Below are positions 40,157 to 49,707 of a stretch of 64,000 nucleotides of DNA, piece by piece. The stretch is taken from NCBI GenBank assembly GCA_943350875.1, contig CALRAL010000001.1:165017-229016 (forward strand), in the 5' to 3' direction. This DNA is from Candidatus Nomurabacteria bacterium (lineage in GTDB: Bacteria; Patescibacteriota; Minisyncoccia; Phycocordibacterales; UBA9973). The stretch's first letter is position 1. Each line of letters opens with the position of its first letter. The position numbers and the translations under genes were made by a program. The notes under the pieces are model-generated. The model was given only the letters and a program-made list of their open reading frames with translations, did no database searches and was not told the origin of the DNA.

Positions 40157-42037
40157 TTATCCCTTGTTATTTAAGTGAGGATATTCCGCGGTTAGGTTGT
40201 TAACTATGTATTCTTTCGTACCAGCTTGGGAATCCGAGAGAGCTATCTTTTTACCAGGGTTAAAAATATTTTGCGGGTCGAAAATATTTTTAACCTGTTT
40301 GAACAAATCGCAAATGGATTTACCATACATTTTTTCTAAGTAAGGTGTACGGATCAGGCCGTCATTGTGTTCTGCTGTTATTGAACCGCCGAGCCGTATG
40401 ACCAAGTCATACACTTTTTCTGACACGTTCATAATTTCATCTTCTAATTCGACATCTTTTGGATCAAGCAATGTATAAATATGCATATTACCATCACCAG
40501 CATGTCCGCCTACAGCAAAAGTCATTTTCTTCTTATACTCTCCGAGTATTTTATAAAGTGCTGGAAAAAATTCTGGTAACTTTTCCGGACGTACTATTAC
40601 ATCATCTATAAATGGTTCAGACTTTGATTTTTTTAGGTGATAGCGAATAAGATTGAAAGCTTCATGCCGAATAGTCCAGTATTTTTTCATTTCAAAATCA
40701 TTTTTTGCCAAGTGTAAACCAATTTTTTTTACATTGCTTAATTCTCTTAATGCATCTTCTGCGCTTTCATTAGCTTCTGCTTCAGTATCCCCAGTAAATT
40801 CAACTAACAGAATCAACTTAGGAAAACCATACCGTAACGTCATTATAGCTTCCGGTCCAAAACTAAAAATGAGTTTGAAGAAATTTTTTAAACCTAAAAG
40901 GTTAGCAAAACTCACTATGTATTTTAATACGAGCAAAAAAGTCTTGTCATCGTAAGATTCGAGTGTTTGAGGATTATATTTTAAAATCTTATTCACCAAG
41001 TCAGGAACTATTGTCATATCTCTTAAAAAAACTACCACTAATTTTGTGTATGGTTTTGGTTTCACTAGACGAAAAGTAATTTCTGTGGCTATACCTAAAG
41101 TCCCTTGCGAACCTACTAGCAACTTATTGAGATCAAAATTCAAAGAATTTGAGGAGCCGTGGGTCCCCTGTCCTGTGTCTCCGAGGGCGAAGGCGGGCAA
41201 ATTCTTTGAATTTTGATCGATGACATTCCAAATGTAATAGCCAGCAGAATTCTTGTGAACTTTTGGTTTTGCATTTTTTATCTTTGTTTCATTATTTTTT
41301 ATTAATTCGTAAATGTTTTTATAAATATTTCCTTCAAAATCATTCTGCGCTATTTTCTGTTTTAATTCTCCTTCATTTAATGGTTTTACCATATATTCAT
41401 TCCCATCTTCAAAAACAACTCTGGTTTCCATTATATAATCCTCAGTTTTTCCATATTTCAAAGTCCTTTCACCAGCAGAATTGTTACCAAACATTCCACC
41501 CATAGCATTCAGGCTCTTTGAGGCAGTATAACAAGGTAAAATTAAACCTTTTTCTAAAGTTATTTTTTCAAAATCCCTATAAAACATCCCCGGTTGGACG
41601 GTAATGGAATTTATTCCCCTCTTGAGGGGTGGCTCAGTAATCTGAGACGGGGTGGAAAATGTGTCCACCTCCCCCTGCGGGTACTCCTCAAGAGGAGAAT
41701 TTAAATTCTTTACAGGAAAACTGATTAGCTTATTCATATACCTCGTAAAATCTAAAATTATAGATTCACCTATAGACCCACCAGACATATCCGTCCCTGC
41801 ACAACGAGCAGTGATTGAGAGGTTAGAATACAAACCCCCTGAATCCCCCTTGTCAGGGGGACTATTTTTTTTCTCATTTACCCATTTTACAAGATTTTTC
41901 ACATCTTCAGAATCTTTTGGAAAAGCAACCACTTTAGGCCGTATCTCAAAAATACTGGCATCGTGAGAATACTTTGTCAGTGTTTCCTCACTATCCTCCA
42001 CATCCCCTTTGAAAAATTTTTGTATTTCTGATTTCAT
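40157..42037 (-). CDS. FAD-linked oxidase/dehydrogenase (GlcD/D-lactate dehydrogenase-like) carrying several GC-rich insertions
   Basis: PCMH-type FAD-binding region ...ARCAGTDMSGGSIG...; C-terminal FAD-oxidase domain; in-frame MITE at 41129-41218. Confidence 0.6.
   Translation of the reverse strand: MKSEIQKFFKGDVEDSEETLTKYSHDASIFEIRPKVVAFPKDSEDVKNLVKWVNEKKNSPPDKGDSGGLYSNLSITARCAGTDMSGGSIGESIILDFTRYMNKLISFPVKNLNSPLEEYPQGEVDTFSTPSQITEPPLKRGINSITVQPGMFYRDFEKITLEKGLILPCYTASKSLNAMGGMFGNNSAGERTLKYGKTEDYIMETRVVFEDGNEYMVKPLNEGELKQKIAQNDFEGNIYKNIYELIKNNETKIKNAKPKVHKNSAGYYIWNVIDQNSKNLPAFALGDTGQGTHGSSNSLNFDLNKLLVGSQGTLGIATEITFRLVKPKPYTKLVVVFLRDMTIVPDLVNKILKYNPQTLESYDDKTFLLVLKYIVSFANLLGLKNFFKLIFSFGPEAIMTLRYGFPKLILLVEFTGDTEAEANESAEDALRELSNVKKIGLHLAKNDFEMKKYWTIRHEAFNLIRYHLKKSKSEPFIDDVIVRPEKLPEFFPALYKILGEYKKKMTFAVGGHAGDGNMHIYTLLDPKDVELEDEIMNVSEKVYDLVIRLGGSITAEHNDGLIRTPYLEKMYGKSICDLFKQVKNIFDPQNIFNPGKKIALSDSQAGTKEYIVNNLTAEYPHLNNKG
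41129..41218. repeat. Family-2 MITE with perfect 21-bp TIRs GATCAAAATTCAAAGAATTTG/CAAATTCTTTGAATTTTGATC inserted in-frame in the FAD-oxidase gene (LPAFALGDTGQGTHGS)
   Basis: Core GTGGGTCCCCTGTCCTGTGTCTCCGAGGGCGAAGGC matches 6678 and 48858. Confidence 0.7.
41615..41700. repeat. Cluster of GC-rich hairpins (CCCCTCTTGAGGGG, CTCCTCAAGAGGAG, ...) inside the FAD-oxidase CDS
   Basis: Seen directly; a second one, CCCCCTGA..TCAGGGGG, lies at 41835-41863. Confidence 0.4.
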
Positions 42038-42528
42038 GTTATATAATCTGGAACAATTCCCATTTTTATGTATTTATTTTGTAAATCTTTTTCAAGAGTA
42101 ATAAATTTTTTAATAATTTTTCTACAATTAATAGACCCACAATTACATTTCATTGTCCATTCGTCATCATCTGCCATGATTGTAGAATAATCTATTAAAA
42201 TTTCATGACCTTTAGAAATATCATCGATTGCTAATATATAAAGACCGTTGTTGCTTTTACAATATGCATTTGGATTACATGAATGATTTATAAAATCCCC
42301 TAATCCTTCTGGACTCAAATAGGTTGTTTTGCTAAATCTACAAGTATTAGCTTTTGAATGTTCATTAAGTGTAGTTTCTTCTTCGAGACTTATAATTTTC
42401 CCTTTCATTTTTAAAATGATTTCATTGGCTTTAAAATCTTTTTCAGTAAAAACACCATTACCATTTTTGGTTTCTTTTACAACCAAATAAGTCGGATTTT
42501 CATAATTCTGTAAGTTTTTCCCCTCCAT
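42034..42528 (-). CDS. SET-domain protein (putative protein-lysine methyltransferase) with post-SET Cys cluster
   Basis: Hallmark NHSCNPN, ELLIDY-like EILIDYS and post-SET CNCGSINCRK. Confidence 0.7.
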   Translation of the reverse strand: MEGKNLQNYENPTYLVVKETKNGNGVFTEKDFKANEIILKMKGKIISLEEETTLNEHSKANTCRFSKTTYLSPEGLGDFINHSCNPNAYCKSNNGLYILAIDDISKGHEILIDYSTIMADDDEWTMKCNCGSINCRKIIKKFITLEKDLQNKYIKMGIVPDYIT

Positions 42529-42535
42529 ATATTTT

Positions 42536-43402
42536 TTATTTCAAATTATTAAAAAGTTTTAATCGATCGAGAACTACTTTTTCTACTGCATCTACTGCTG
42601 GCTGTAATATCTTGTATGGCACCACTTCCTCTGGATGTTGTCTCAAAGATTCTTTCAAGGCCAAATCATAAGCTAGACGAATTTCAGTATTTATATGAAT
42701 AATTGAAATCCCAGCTTTTATGGCATTGGTAAAATCCACATCACGAAGCCCAGAACCACCATGTAGCACTAGTGGCACATTTGCAGAATTCCTGATTTCT
42801 GCCACAAGCACCTCATCTATATGTGGCTTACCACTTTTAATAAGCCCATGAATAGACCCCACAGACGGAGCAAGCATGTCTATACCCGTCATCTCCACAA
42901 ATTTCTTCGCGTCTTCTGGTTTTGTTTTTATCCCTGCGCCTTCTGGGATAGTTTCTTTTATATTTGATCCGGAACCAATATACCCAAGCTCTGCCTCCAC
43001 TAATATATCCTTGCCAGTATTTTTCATCACTTCATGCGCATAATCCACGCATTGTTTTGTTATTTTTACATTTTCTTCAAGACTTAATTTTGCAAGGTCA
43101 ATAATCACCGCATCAAAACCAGCATCAATAGCACCTTTTACACTTTCAAAACTATAATGATGATCAGCATTTAAAAAAATCGGATAATTCTCCTTTTCTC
43201 TTATTTCACGAATCATTCCTACAGCTTCATTTTTACCTACAAATTCTTCTTCACCTTCAGATAGGCCAATAATGACAGGCACATTCAGGCTCTTCGCTGC
43301 CTTATAAATACCATGGAATCCTTCTAAATTAGAAATATTAAAATGCCCAATCGCTACCCCTTTCTCTTCTGCTTCTTTTACATATTCTCGTAATGTTTTC
43401 AT
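42536..43402 (-). CDS. fba: Class II fructose-bisphosphate aldolase
   Basis: GVAIGHFNISNLE...; Zn-binding His residues; LHGGSG motif. Confidence 0.85.
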   Translation of the reverse strand: MKTLREYVKEAEEKGVAIGHFNISNLEGFHGIYKAAKSLNVPVIIGLSEGEEEFVGKNEAVGMIREIREKENYPIFLNADHHYSFESVKGAIDAGFDAVIIDLAKLSLEENVKITKQCVDYAHEVMKNTGKDILVEAELGYIGSGSNIKETIPEGAGIKTKPEDAKKFVEMTGIDMLAPSVGSIHGLIKSGKPHIDEVLVAEIRNSANVPLVLHGGSGLRDVDFTNAIKAGISIIHINTEIRLAYDLALKESLRQHPEEVVPYKILQPAVDAVEKVVLDRLKLFNNLK

Positions 43403-43406
43403 CTAA

Positions 43407-44945
43407 CTATTTTAACATATCAATCAAGATTTGTTTTGTCACAGCAGGGTTGGCAGAGCCTTTAGTCTCTTTCATGATTTGCCCCACCAGAGACATGAGA
43501 GCATTCTCTTTCCCTCCTTTGTAATCTGAAACAACCTTTTGATTTGCATCAATTATTTTCTTTGTAATTTCTTTTAATGAATTCTCATCATTTTTTTGTA
43601 ATAAATCTTTCTCTGTTGCTATTTTTTCTGGACTTTCATCTTTGACAACAATCATACCTAAAATATCCTTTGCTCCACGAGAAGAAATTTTATTTTCAGC
43701 AAACATATTTACTAATTCAGCAAAATTCTCTGCACTTGGAACCTCACTAGCCTTTGGCACCCTCTCCTTATCAAGGAGAGGGTTGGGGTGAGGTGTATTC
43801 TTAAGTATTCCTATGAGGTCAGAAGTTATAAAATTTGAAGCTACCCGAATGCTCTCCAAGGACTTACCTTTTCCCGCTTCGCTCCTCAAGGAAAGACCTT
43901 TGAGAGCGTTTACCACTTCTTCAAACCAAGCGCTGAGTACTGGATCATTGATGTATACTTCAATATCTTCATCTTTGATTCCAAAATCATTCTTATATCG
44001 TGCGCGTTTTGCATCTGGAAGCTCTGATAATTCTTTCTTCATCTTTTCTAATGGGAATGCTTCGTGGAGTTTCATTTTTGGAAGATCTGGATCAGGGAAA
44101 TACCTATAATCCGCGCTCCCTTCCTTTTTACGCTGAGAGAATGTTTTCTGTTTACTCTCATCCCATCCTCGCGTCTCTTGCACTATTTCATCTGCTTTCC
44201 CTTTTTCATAAAGTTCTGTCATCCTCTCTACTTCAAATAAAATAGCTTTCTCTACCGAACGGAAAGAATTTAAATTCTTCACTTCCACTTTTGTGCCGAG
44301 TTTACTTTTGTCTGGTGAGATTGAAATATTTGCTTCCACACGCATCTCACCTTTTTCCATATTTGCTTCTGACACACCTAAATACCACAAAACCAATTGG
44401 AATTCCTTGGCAAACTTTGAAGCACTTTTTGCAGTCGTCTCAGCATCATCAAATGTGTGAGGCTCCGTGACAAGCTCCATCAAAGGCACTCCTGCACGAT
44501 TAAAATCAATAAGAGAAAAATCACCTCGATCATGTTTGTTGTTTGCAGTATCTTCCTCTAAATGTACCCGAGTGATGTTAAAGCCCGCTAGATGCCCACC
44601 TGAAACTATCGGATATTTGTATTGAGAAATCTGATACCCTTTTGGAATATCTGGGTAAAAATAATTCTTGCGGTCAAATTCAGAAAAGTCTGCAATCTTG
44701 CCATTTATAGCGAGGCCTACTTTTATCACATTTTCAATTGCCTTTTTATTCGCCACAGGCAAAGCCCCCGGATGCGCCATGCACACCGGACAGATTAAAG
44801 TATTAGGGGCAATTTCAGGGTCGCCTGCCCCGTTGGAAGCTGAAAGCTTTCCTGCGGGGTTCTTGCAAGCACAAAACATCTTGGTGTTTGTCTTCAGCTC
44901 TGCATGCACCTCAAGCCCAATTGTCGGGTAATATCTATTCTGCAT
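43407..44945 (-). CDS. gatB: Asp/Glu-tRNA amidotransferase subunit B
   Basis: YYPTIGLEVHAELKTNTKMFC N-term, C-terminal YqeY-like domain; contains a GC-rich palindrome at 43762-43780. Confidence 0.9.
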   Translation of the reverse strand: MQNRYYPTIGLEVHAELKTNTKMFCACKNPAGKLSASNGAGDPEIAPNTLICPVCMAHPGALPVANKKAIENVIKVGLAINGKIADFSEFDRKNYFYPDIPKGYQISQYKYPIVSGGHLAGFNITRVHLEEDTANNKHDRGDFSLIDFNRAGVPLMELVTEPHTFDDAETTAKSASKFAKEFQLVLWYLGVSEANMEKGEMRVEANISISPDKSKLGTKVEVKNLNSFRSVEKAILFEVERMTELYEKGKADEIVQETRGWDESKQKTFSQRKKEGSADYRYFPDPDLPKMKLHEAFPLEKMKKELSELPDAKRARYKNDFGIKDEDIEVYINDPVLSAWFEEVVNALKGLSLRSEAGKGKSLESIRVASNFITSDLIGILKNTPHPNPLLDKERVPKASEVPSAENFAELVNMFAENKISSRGAKDILGMIVVKDESPEKIATEKDLLQKNDENSLKEITKKIIDANQKVVSDYKGGKENALMSLVGQIMKETKGSANPAVTKQILIDMLK

Positions 44946-45229
44946 AAAGTTTTTTAATTATAACACAAAAAAATAACCCGACCAACAAAAATGTGGTCGG
45001 GAGATATATTTATTAAAACTACACAAAAAGTTCACTGATCAAGCTAAACTTGTTAGTTGTATCAGATATTTTTGCTTCTTCTAACTTTAAGTAGACCAAG
45101 ACGTCTTATCGCGATAGACTGGCACGCTTGTTGCTTATCGACTACAATATTTACTTTTCACATACGCTACTCAATGAATATAGTTAGACATAATCTCACA
45201 AGAACATATCTAACTAAATATTACATCTT

Positions 45230-45469
45230 TCAGCTAAAAAAGCAAAGATCAGTTTCTTCTTTGCCAAAACATAATTCAAAATCTCTCATAATACCATGTA
45301 ATGTTCCTTTCTTAAGTGAATCATGTAAAGGAATAGTCACATGATATGAAGAATCATTTTTATCTAAAGTTAATCGAACATGACTTCCAAGAGTACGTTT
45401 TACTTTAAACCCATGAATTTCAAAAAGTTTTACAACTTCCTTTCCAGAAAATTGTTTTAATTTAGGCAT
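45230..45469 (-). CDS. hicA: HicA-family toxin (mRNA interferase)
   Basis: MPKLKQFSGKEVVKLFEIHGFKVKRTLGSHVRL...TIPLHDSLKKGTLHGIMRDF matches the HicA dsRBD consensus including the catalytic His. Confidence 0.7.
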   Translation of the reverse strand: MPKLKQFSGKEVVKLFEIHGFKVKRTLGSHVRLTLDKNDSSYHVTIPLHDSLKKGTLHGIMRDFELCFGKEETDLCFFS

Positions 45470-45472
45470 AAT

Positions 45473-45691
45473 TTACGCCATGGATGGCAAAGCAAAATTA
45501 ACCATCACTGGTACTGGATGTTTTTTTATTTCTTCTTCTCCAAAATGGCACTCCACAGCTTCATTTATGTTATGAACAGTTTCATCTAAAGTATTTCCTT
45601 CGGTATGTATAGAATATCCAACAGCAGTAGCAATATATCCACCTTCTTCGGCTACTTGTATAATAAATTGTAAAATATTTGGCATTTCCAT
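45473..45691 (-). CDS. hicB: HicB-family antitoxin (UPF0150-type)
   Basis: 72 aa; ...YIATAVGYSIHTEGNTLDETVHNINEAVECHF resembles the HicB RNase-H-like fold; 3-nt gap to hicA. Confidence 0.55.
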   Translation of the reverse strand: MEMPNILQFIIQVAEEGGYIATAVGYSIHTEGNTLDETVHNINEAVECHFGEEEIKKHPVPVMVNFALPSMA

Positions 45692-45726
45692 ATTTCAAAT
45701 ATAGCACAAATAGCAAAATAAAGCTA

Positions 45727-46788
45727 TCAAGTCTTCTTTAAAATTTTCATCAGTTTATCTTTAAAATCTTTTACAGATTTATCGTCAAACAAAGACAAGA
45801 TAAAAACATTCTTGCTTATTTTTTTGAACTTTTCTTTCTCTCTTTTAATTATTTTCTCATCTACTTCATCAGATTTTGTCAGAATTATTATTTCTTCTTT
45901 CTCAGATAATCCTTCATCTTCTAATTCAAATTTCTTATCATACTTTTCCAATTCTTTACGTATTTCTTTATATGCCTTTACCATCCCGTTCGAACTAACA
46001 GACTTCTTCGAAGTCTTACTTCGAACGGGACTAGTCCCATCAGATTTTACATTATTCAAGTTTTCAAAGGATACTAAGTGCGCCAACATATTTGTACGTT
46101 TTATATGTCGTAAGAATTTTACTCCGAGACCTTTGCCCTCACTGGCACCTTCTATGAGCCCTGGAATATCAGCAATAGTGTACCCGTAAAAATCCCCCAG
46201 GTTAGGGTCTAAGGTCGTAAAAGCATAATCTCCCACTTTGGCCTCTGCGTTCGTCAGAGCGTTCAGTAGCGATGATTTACCGACATTGGGTAGCCCTATA
46301 AGCCCCAGATCCGCGAAAAGCTCCAGTTCTATGGTGAAATTGCTATGTTCACCTTCTTGACCTAGATTGCGCTCTTTTGGAGTCGTATTTGTAGAACTTT
46401 TAAAATGTTCATTGCCATACCCACCATATCCACCTTTCAAGAGCTGTACTTCCTCACCTTCTTTCAATAACGACCATTTCTCACTTGTGACTATATTTGT
46501 AATAAGTGAACCAATAGGAAGTTCTAAAAAGAAATCATCACCATTTTTACCGTGTAAGCTTTTATTACTACCATCTTCCCCACGACCTGCAGAGAAATTT
46601 TTCTTGGCTTTGTATTTTGAAAGGATATGTATGTCACGCACAGCTCGGATGTAGAAATTCCCTCCTCGGCCTCCATCACCGCCCGATGGCCCGCCTTTTG
46701 GTATGAATTTCTCCTGCCTCCAACGCACTACGCCGTCTCCACCACGCCCTGCCTCTGCGTATATCTTTAATTCATCTATGAATGCCAT
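45727..46788 (-). CDS. obgE: GTPase Obg
   Basis: Gly-rich Obg fold GRGGDGVVRWRQEKFIPKGGPSGGDGGRGG, G1 GLPNVGKSSLL, G3 DIPGLIEGA. Confidence 0.9.
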   Translation of the reverse strand: MAFIDELKIYAEAGRGGDGVVRWRQEKFIPKGGPSGGDGGRGGNFYIRAVRDIHILSKYKAKKNFSAGRGEDGSNKSLHGKNGDDFFLELPIGSLITNIVTSEKWSLLKEGEEVQLLKGGYGGYGNEHFKSSTNTTPKERNLGQEGEHSNFTIELELFADLGLIGLPNVGKSSLLNALTNAEAKVGDYAFTTLDPNLGDFYGYTIADIPGLIEGASEGKGLGVKFLRHIKRTNMLAHLVSFENLNNVKSDGTSPVRSKTSKKSVSSNGMVKAYKEIRKELEKYDKKFELEDEGLSEKEEIIILTKSDEVDEKIIKREKEKFKKISKNVFILSLFDDKSVKDFKDKLMKILKKT

Positions 46789-46836
46789 GTAAATTCATAA
46801 TAGCATAAATTCAGAAAAAAATTTAAAACTAGGTTT

Positions 46837-47772
46837 TTAAGGGGTTTTGAGGGAGAAATTTAAGGCTAGTTCTGCTAATTTAATAGCCCCTTCTTTAGTT
46901 TTCACTGTGATTAAAAAACCAGCGCGGTGAGAAAATAGAGCATCAAAAACACCCGTAATTTTTGCTAAATTAATATCAGAATTCAAAAACCCACGCCAAG
47001 CTTCTGGAAATAGTTTTCTACTTTCTATTGTGTCGAAACTCTTTTTGATAGCTTCTACTTTAAAATGATCATTATCTCGTCCTGGATAAATGACATAAAT
47101 AGGTTCTGGAAAAGTAGAGAGAGTATTTTGATATAAATATCTGGGAAAATTATTTTCTAAAGTTATGATTTCTTTATTCACCGATTTATTGTAAGCTTCT
47201 ATAATTATTTTTCTTCCTAAAACATCTGCTTTGGCTACTGTTATCTCTCGTTTTAAAATCCTCACTGCATTGTTCACTTCGTTCTTAAATATCTTATTTG
47301 TATTTGATTCATCCTCTTGCCAAGTGGGTGAAAATATCAAAAATGGTTGATCTCCATAATAAGGTAGAACTCCGTTGTATTTTGGGATAGCTATATCCAT
47401 CCCATTATCTACTGCATCTATTGGAATAGCTATTTTTGAGTCTATTATATTCCAAACGGCTATGTCATCATCACATAATTTCATCCCAAAATGTTTCCAA
47501 ACTAGACCAAAAGAGGCATATTCAATATCATTTTCACGTTTGCCAGCACCACCTTTTTGATGATGATCAAATCTGTTTGTATTCTCGTTATAAATGCCAC
47601 CTACATCAAAAACATAATCTCCATCTTTTATTATATCTATATCTCGAGTGCGGATAATTTCAAATTCTTGTCCTTCTTTTTCCAACACCATACAGAGTGT
47701 AGCACAAGCAAAAATGTCATCTGCATGAAATGATCCGTCATGTGTTACTAATTTTTTCTTATTCGTCTCCAT
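46837..47772 (-). CDS. MYG1/UPF0160-family metal-dependent hydrolase
   Basis: THDGSFHADDIFACATL N-terminal motif. Confidence 0.7.
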   Translation of the reverse strand: METNKKKLVTHDGSFHADDIFACATLCMVLEKEGQEFEIIRTRDIDIIKDGDYVFDVGGIYNENTNRFDHHQKGGAGKRENDIEYASFGLVWKHFGMKLCDDDIAVWNIIDSKIAIPIDAVDNGMDIAIPKYNGVLPYYGDQPFLIFSPTWQEDESNTNKIFKNEVNNAVRILKREITVAKADVLGRKIIIEAYNKSVNKEIITLENNFPRYLYQNTLSTFPEPIYVIYPGRDNDHFKVEAIKKSFDTIESRKLFPEAWRGFLNSDINLAKITGVFDALFSHRAGFLITVKTKEGAIKLAELALNFSLKTP

Positions 47773-48388
47773 TATTTTTTGTATGATTTATATTATTTTT
47801 GAAATATTCAAAGAATCTATAAATTATAGCCATTAATTTATCAAACAGAAGAAAGATAATGACAAAAAGCAAGATAACCAATGAGAATCTACTTATCTCA
47901 CGACTGATGTGGATGGCAGTATAGCTAAAGAAATATCCGAGCGACAAAAGTAGTGGTGCCCAGATAAGAGTAGACAAAAATTCCGCTTTTAAATAAGTTT
48001 TAATGTCTATTTTTTTAAAACCAGAAAAAATAACTACAATATAGTTTACCCCCATAATAAATTTTGAAAAGAAAATAGACCAGAAAGGCCTTTCTTTAAA
48101 TCTGGGCATAAAGTAAAACAAACGTTTTTCAATATAAATAAAAAATTTATTGTTAGTATATTTTTGACCCAAGAAACACCCTAAATAATATCCACCTAAA
48201 GTCTTTGCTAATCCACCACCTAAAATAAATAGAAGTGAAAGCCAAAAATCAAGTGCTCCTAAATGTGCCAAAACCCCTGTCGAGATGACGACTACTTCCC
48301 CCTCAAAAATAAGACCCAAAAAAATCACCATATATGCTAATACTTGATGATTCTCTACTAAACGAGTGAGGATGTTTATCGTATGCAT
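47759..48388 (-). CDS. DedA-like membrane protein (second copy)
   Basis: GLIFEGEVVVISTGVLAHLG pattern; polytopic. Confidence 0.45.
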   Translation of the reverse strand: MHTINILTRLVENHQVLAYMVIFLGLIFEGEVVVISTGVLAHLGALDFWLSLLFILGGGLAKTLGGYYLGCFLGQKYTNNKFFIYIEKRLFYFMPRFKERPFWSIFFSKFIMGVNYIVVIFSGFKKIDIKTYLKAEFLSTLIWAPLLLSLGYFFSYTAIHISREISRFSLVILLFVIIFLLFDKLMAIIYRFFEYFKNNINHTKNNGDE

Positions 48389-48393
48389 ATATT

Positions 48394-48843
48394 CTAGAAA
48401 AGTGTATCAACTATTTCTTTTACAAGAGTTCCATCGGCCTTGCCTTTTAGATCTTTCATCACGGACGACATCAGCATTCCCTTTTTAGAAATATCATTTA
48501 CACCCAATTCATTTTTCTTATTTTTAATTATATTTTCAACTTCACTCCTACCCATCATTTTTGGTAGATAGGTCTCTAATATTGCAAGTTCGGCTTCTTC
48601 TTCTTTTACCAGGTCTTGCCTGTTACCTTTTTTGAACTGCTCTATAGAGTCCTTCCTTTGTTTAGCAAGACGAGTTATCACAGTTATAGCTTCTTCATCT
48701 GTAAGCATCTCATTTGGCTTTCTATTTTTAGCCACCAACTCATTCGTAAAACCGGCCACCATAGCTCGCACAGCTCTGAGCTTTACCTCGTCACGCGCCA
48801 TCATGGCTTCTTTAACACTATTTTTTATTTGTTCATGTAGCAT
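48394..48843 (-). CDS. GatB/YqeY-domain protein
   Basis: 149 aa, ...EEAITVITRLAKQRKDSIEQFKKGNRQDLVKEEEAELAILETYLP. Confidence 0.75.
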   Translation of the reverse strand: MLHEQIKNSVKEAMMARDEVKLRAVRAMVAGFTNELVAKNRKPNEMLTDEEAITVITRLAKQRKDSIEQFKKGNRQDLVKEEEAELAILETYLPKMMGRSEVENIIKNKKNELGVNDISKKGMLMSSVMKDLKGKADGTLVKEIVDTLF

Positions 48844-48857
48844 AAGTACGTTTAAAG

Positions 48858-48927
48858 AATAAAAATTTTAAGAGTCGTGGGTCCCCTGTCCTTATGTCCC
48901 CGAGGGTGAAGGCTCAGAAATTTTTGA
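48858..48927. repeat. Family-2 MITE-like element, near-identical to 6678-6756 (intergenic)
   Basis: AAAATTTTAAGAGTCGTGGGTCCCCTGTCCTTATGTCCCCGAGGGTGAAGGCTCAGAAATTTTTGA. Confidence 0.75.
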
Positions 48928-48971
48928 TTTTTTATAAGTACATTATATCAAAAGTATGTTAAAATAGCCAA

Positions 48972-49706
48972 ATGAGCAAAATAATATTTTTTGACACGGA
49001 AACAACAGGAAATACCGAGAAAGATTTCTTGGTACAAATAGCATATAAAAATGGCAATGAGAATTTCGTAGAATTATACAAACCACCGATCAAAATCCCT
49101 CCTGAAGCTTCTGCTGTACACCATATATCAAACAAAATGGTAGAAAATAAAATGCTATTTAGTGAAAGTAAAGATTCTAAAAAAATAAAAGTACTTTTTG
49201 AAAACCCTGAAAGTGTGTTGGTAGCTCACAACACTCCCTTTGACCTGATGATTATCAAAAAAGAAGGTATCAACCCTGCCAGATTTATCTGCACGCTCCG
49301 CCTTACTCGATATTTAGATAAAGAAGGAAAAATCGAAAAGTATAATATGCAGTATTTGCGTTATCTATGGGAGATAGAGATAGAAGCCACTGCGCACGAT
49401 GCCCTGGGAGATGTTTTGGTGTTAGAAAAGATATTTGAGAAATTAAAAAAAGATTTAATGAAAAGTGAGAATTTAGATGAGGACAAAGCAATAGAAAAAA
49501 TGATAGAAATATCTTCCCACCCTTCATTATTCAAGAAAATAAATTTCGGAAAATACGCAGGGCAAGAAGTAGCCTCTGTAGTACAAAATGATCCGAAGTA
49601 TCTAGAATGGCTTCTCGGAGAGAAACTCAAAAGCGATCAGATAGACGAAGACTGGATTTATACGTTAAAATATTATTTAACCCCTAATAATAAATTAAAT
49701 TTTTAA
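48972..49706 (+). CDS. DEDD-family 3'-5' exonuclease (DnaQ/epsilon-like)
   Basis: Exo I IIFFDTETTG, Exo II VAHNTPFDL, Exo III HDALGD. Confidence 0.7.
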   Translation: MSKIIFFDTETTGNTEKDFLVQIAYKNGNENFVELYKPPIKIPPEASAVHHISNKMVENKMLFSESKDSKKIKVLFENPESVLVAHNTPFDLMIIKKEGINPARFICTLRLTRYLDKEGKIEKYNMQYLRYLWEIEIEATAHDALGDVLVLEKIFEKLKKDLMKSENLDEDKAIEKMIEISSHPSLFKKINFGKYAGQEVASVVQNDPKYLEWLLGEKLKSDQIDEDWIYTLKYYLTPNNKLNF

Positions 49707-49707
49707 T

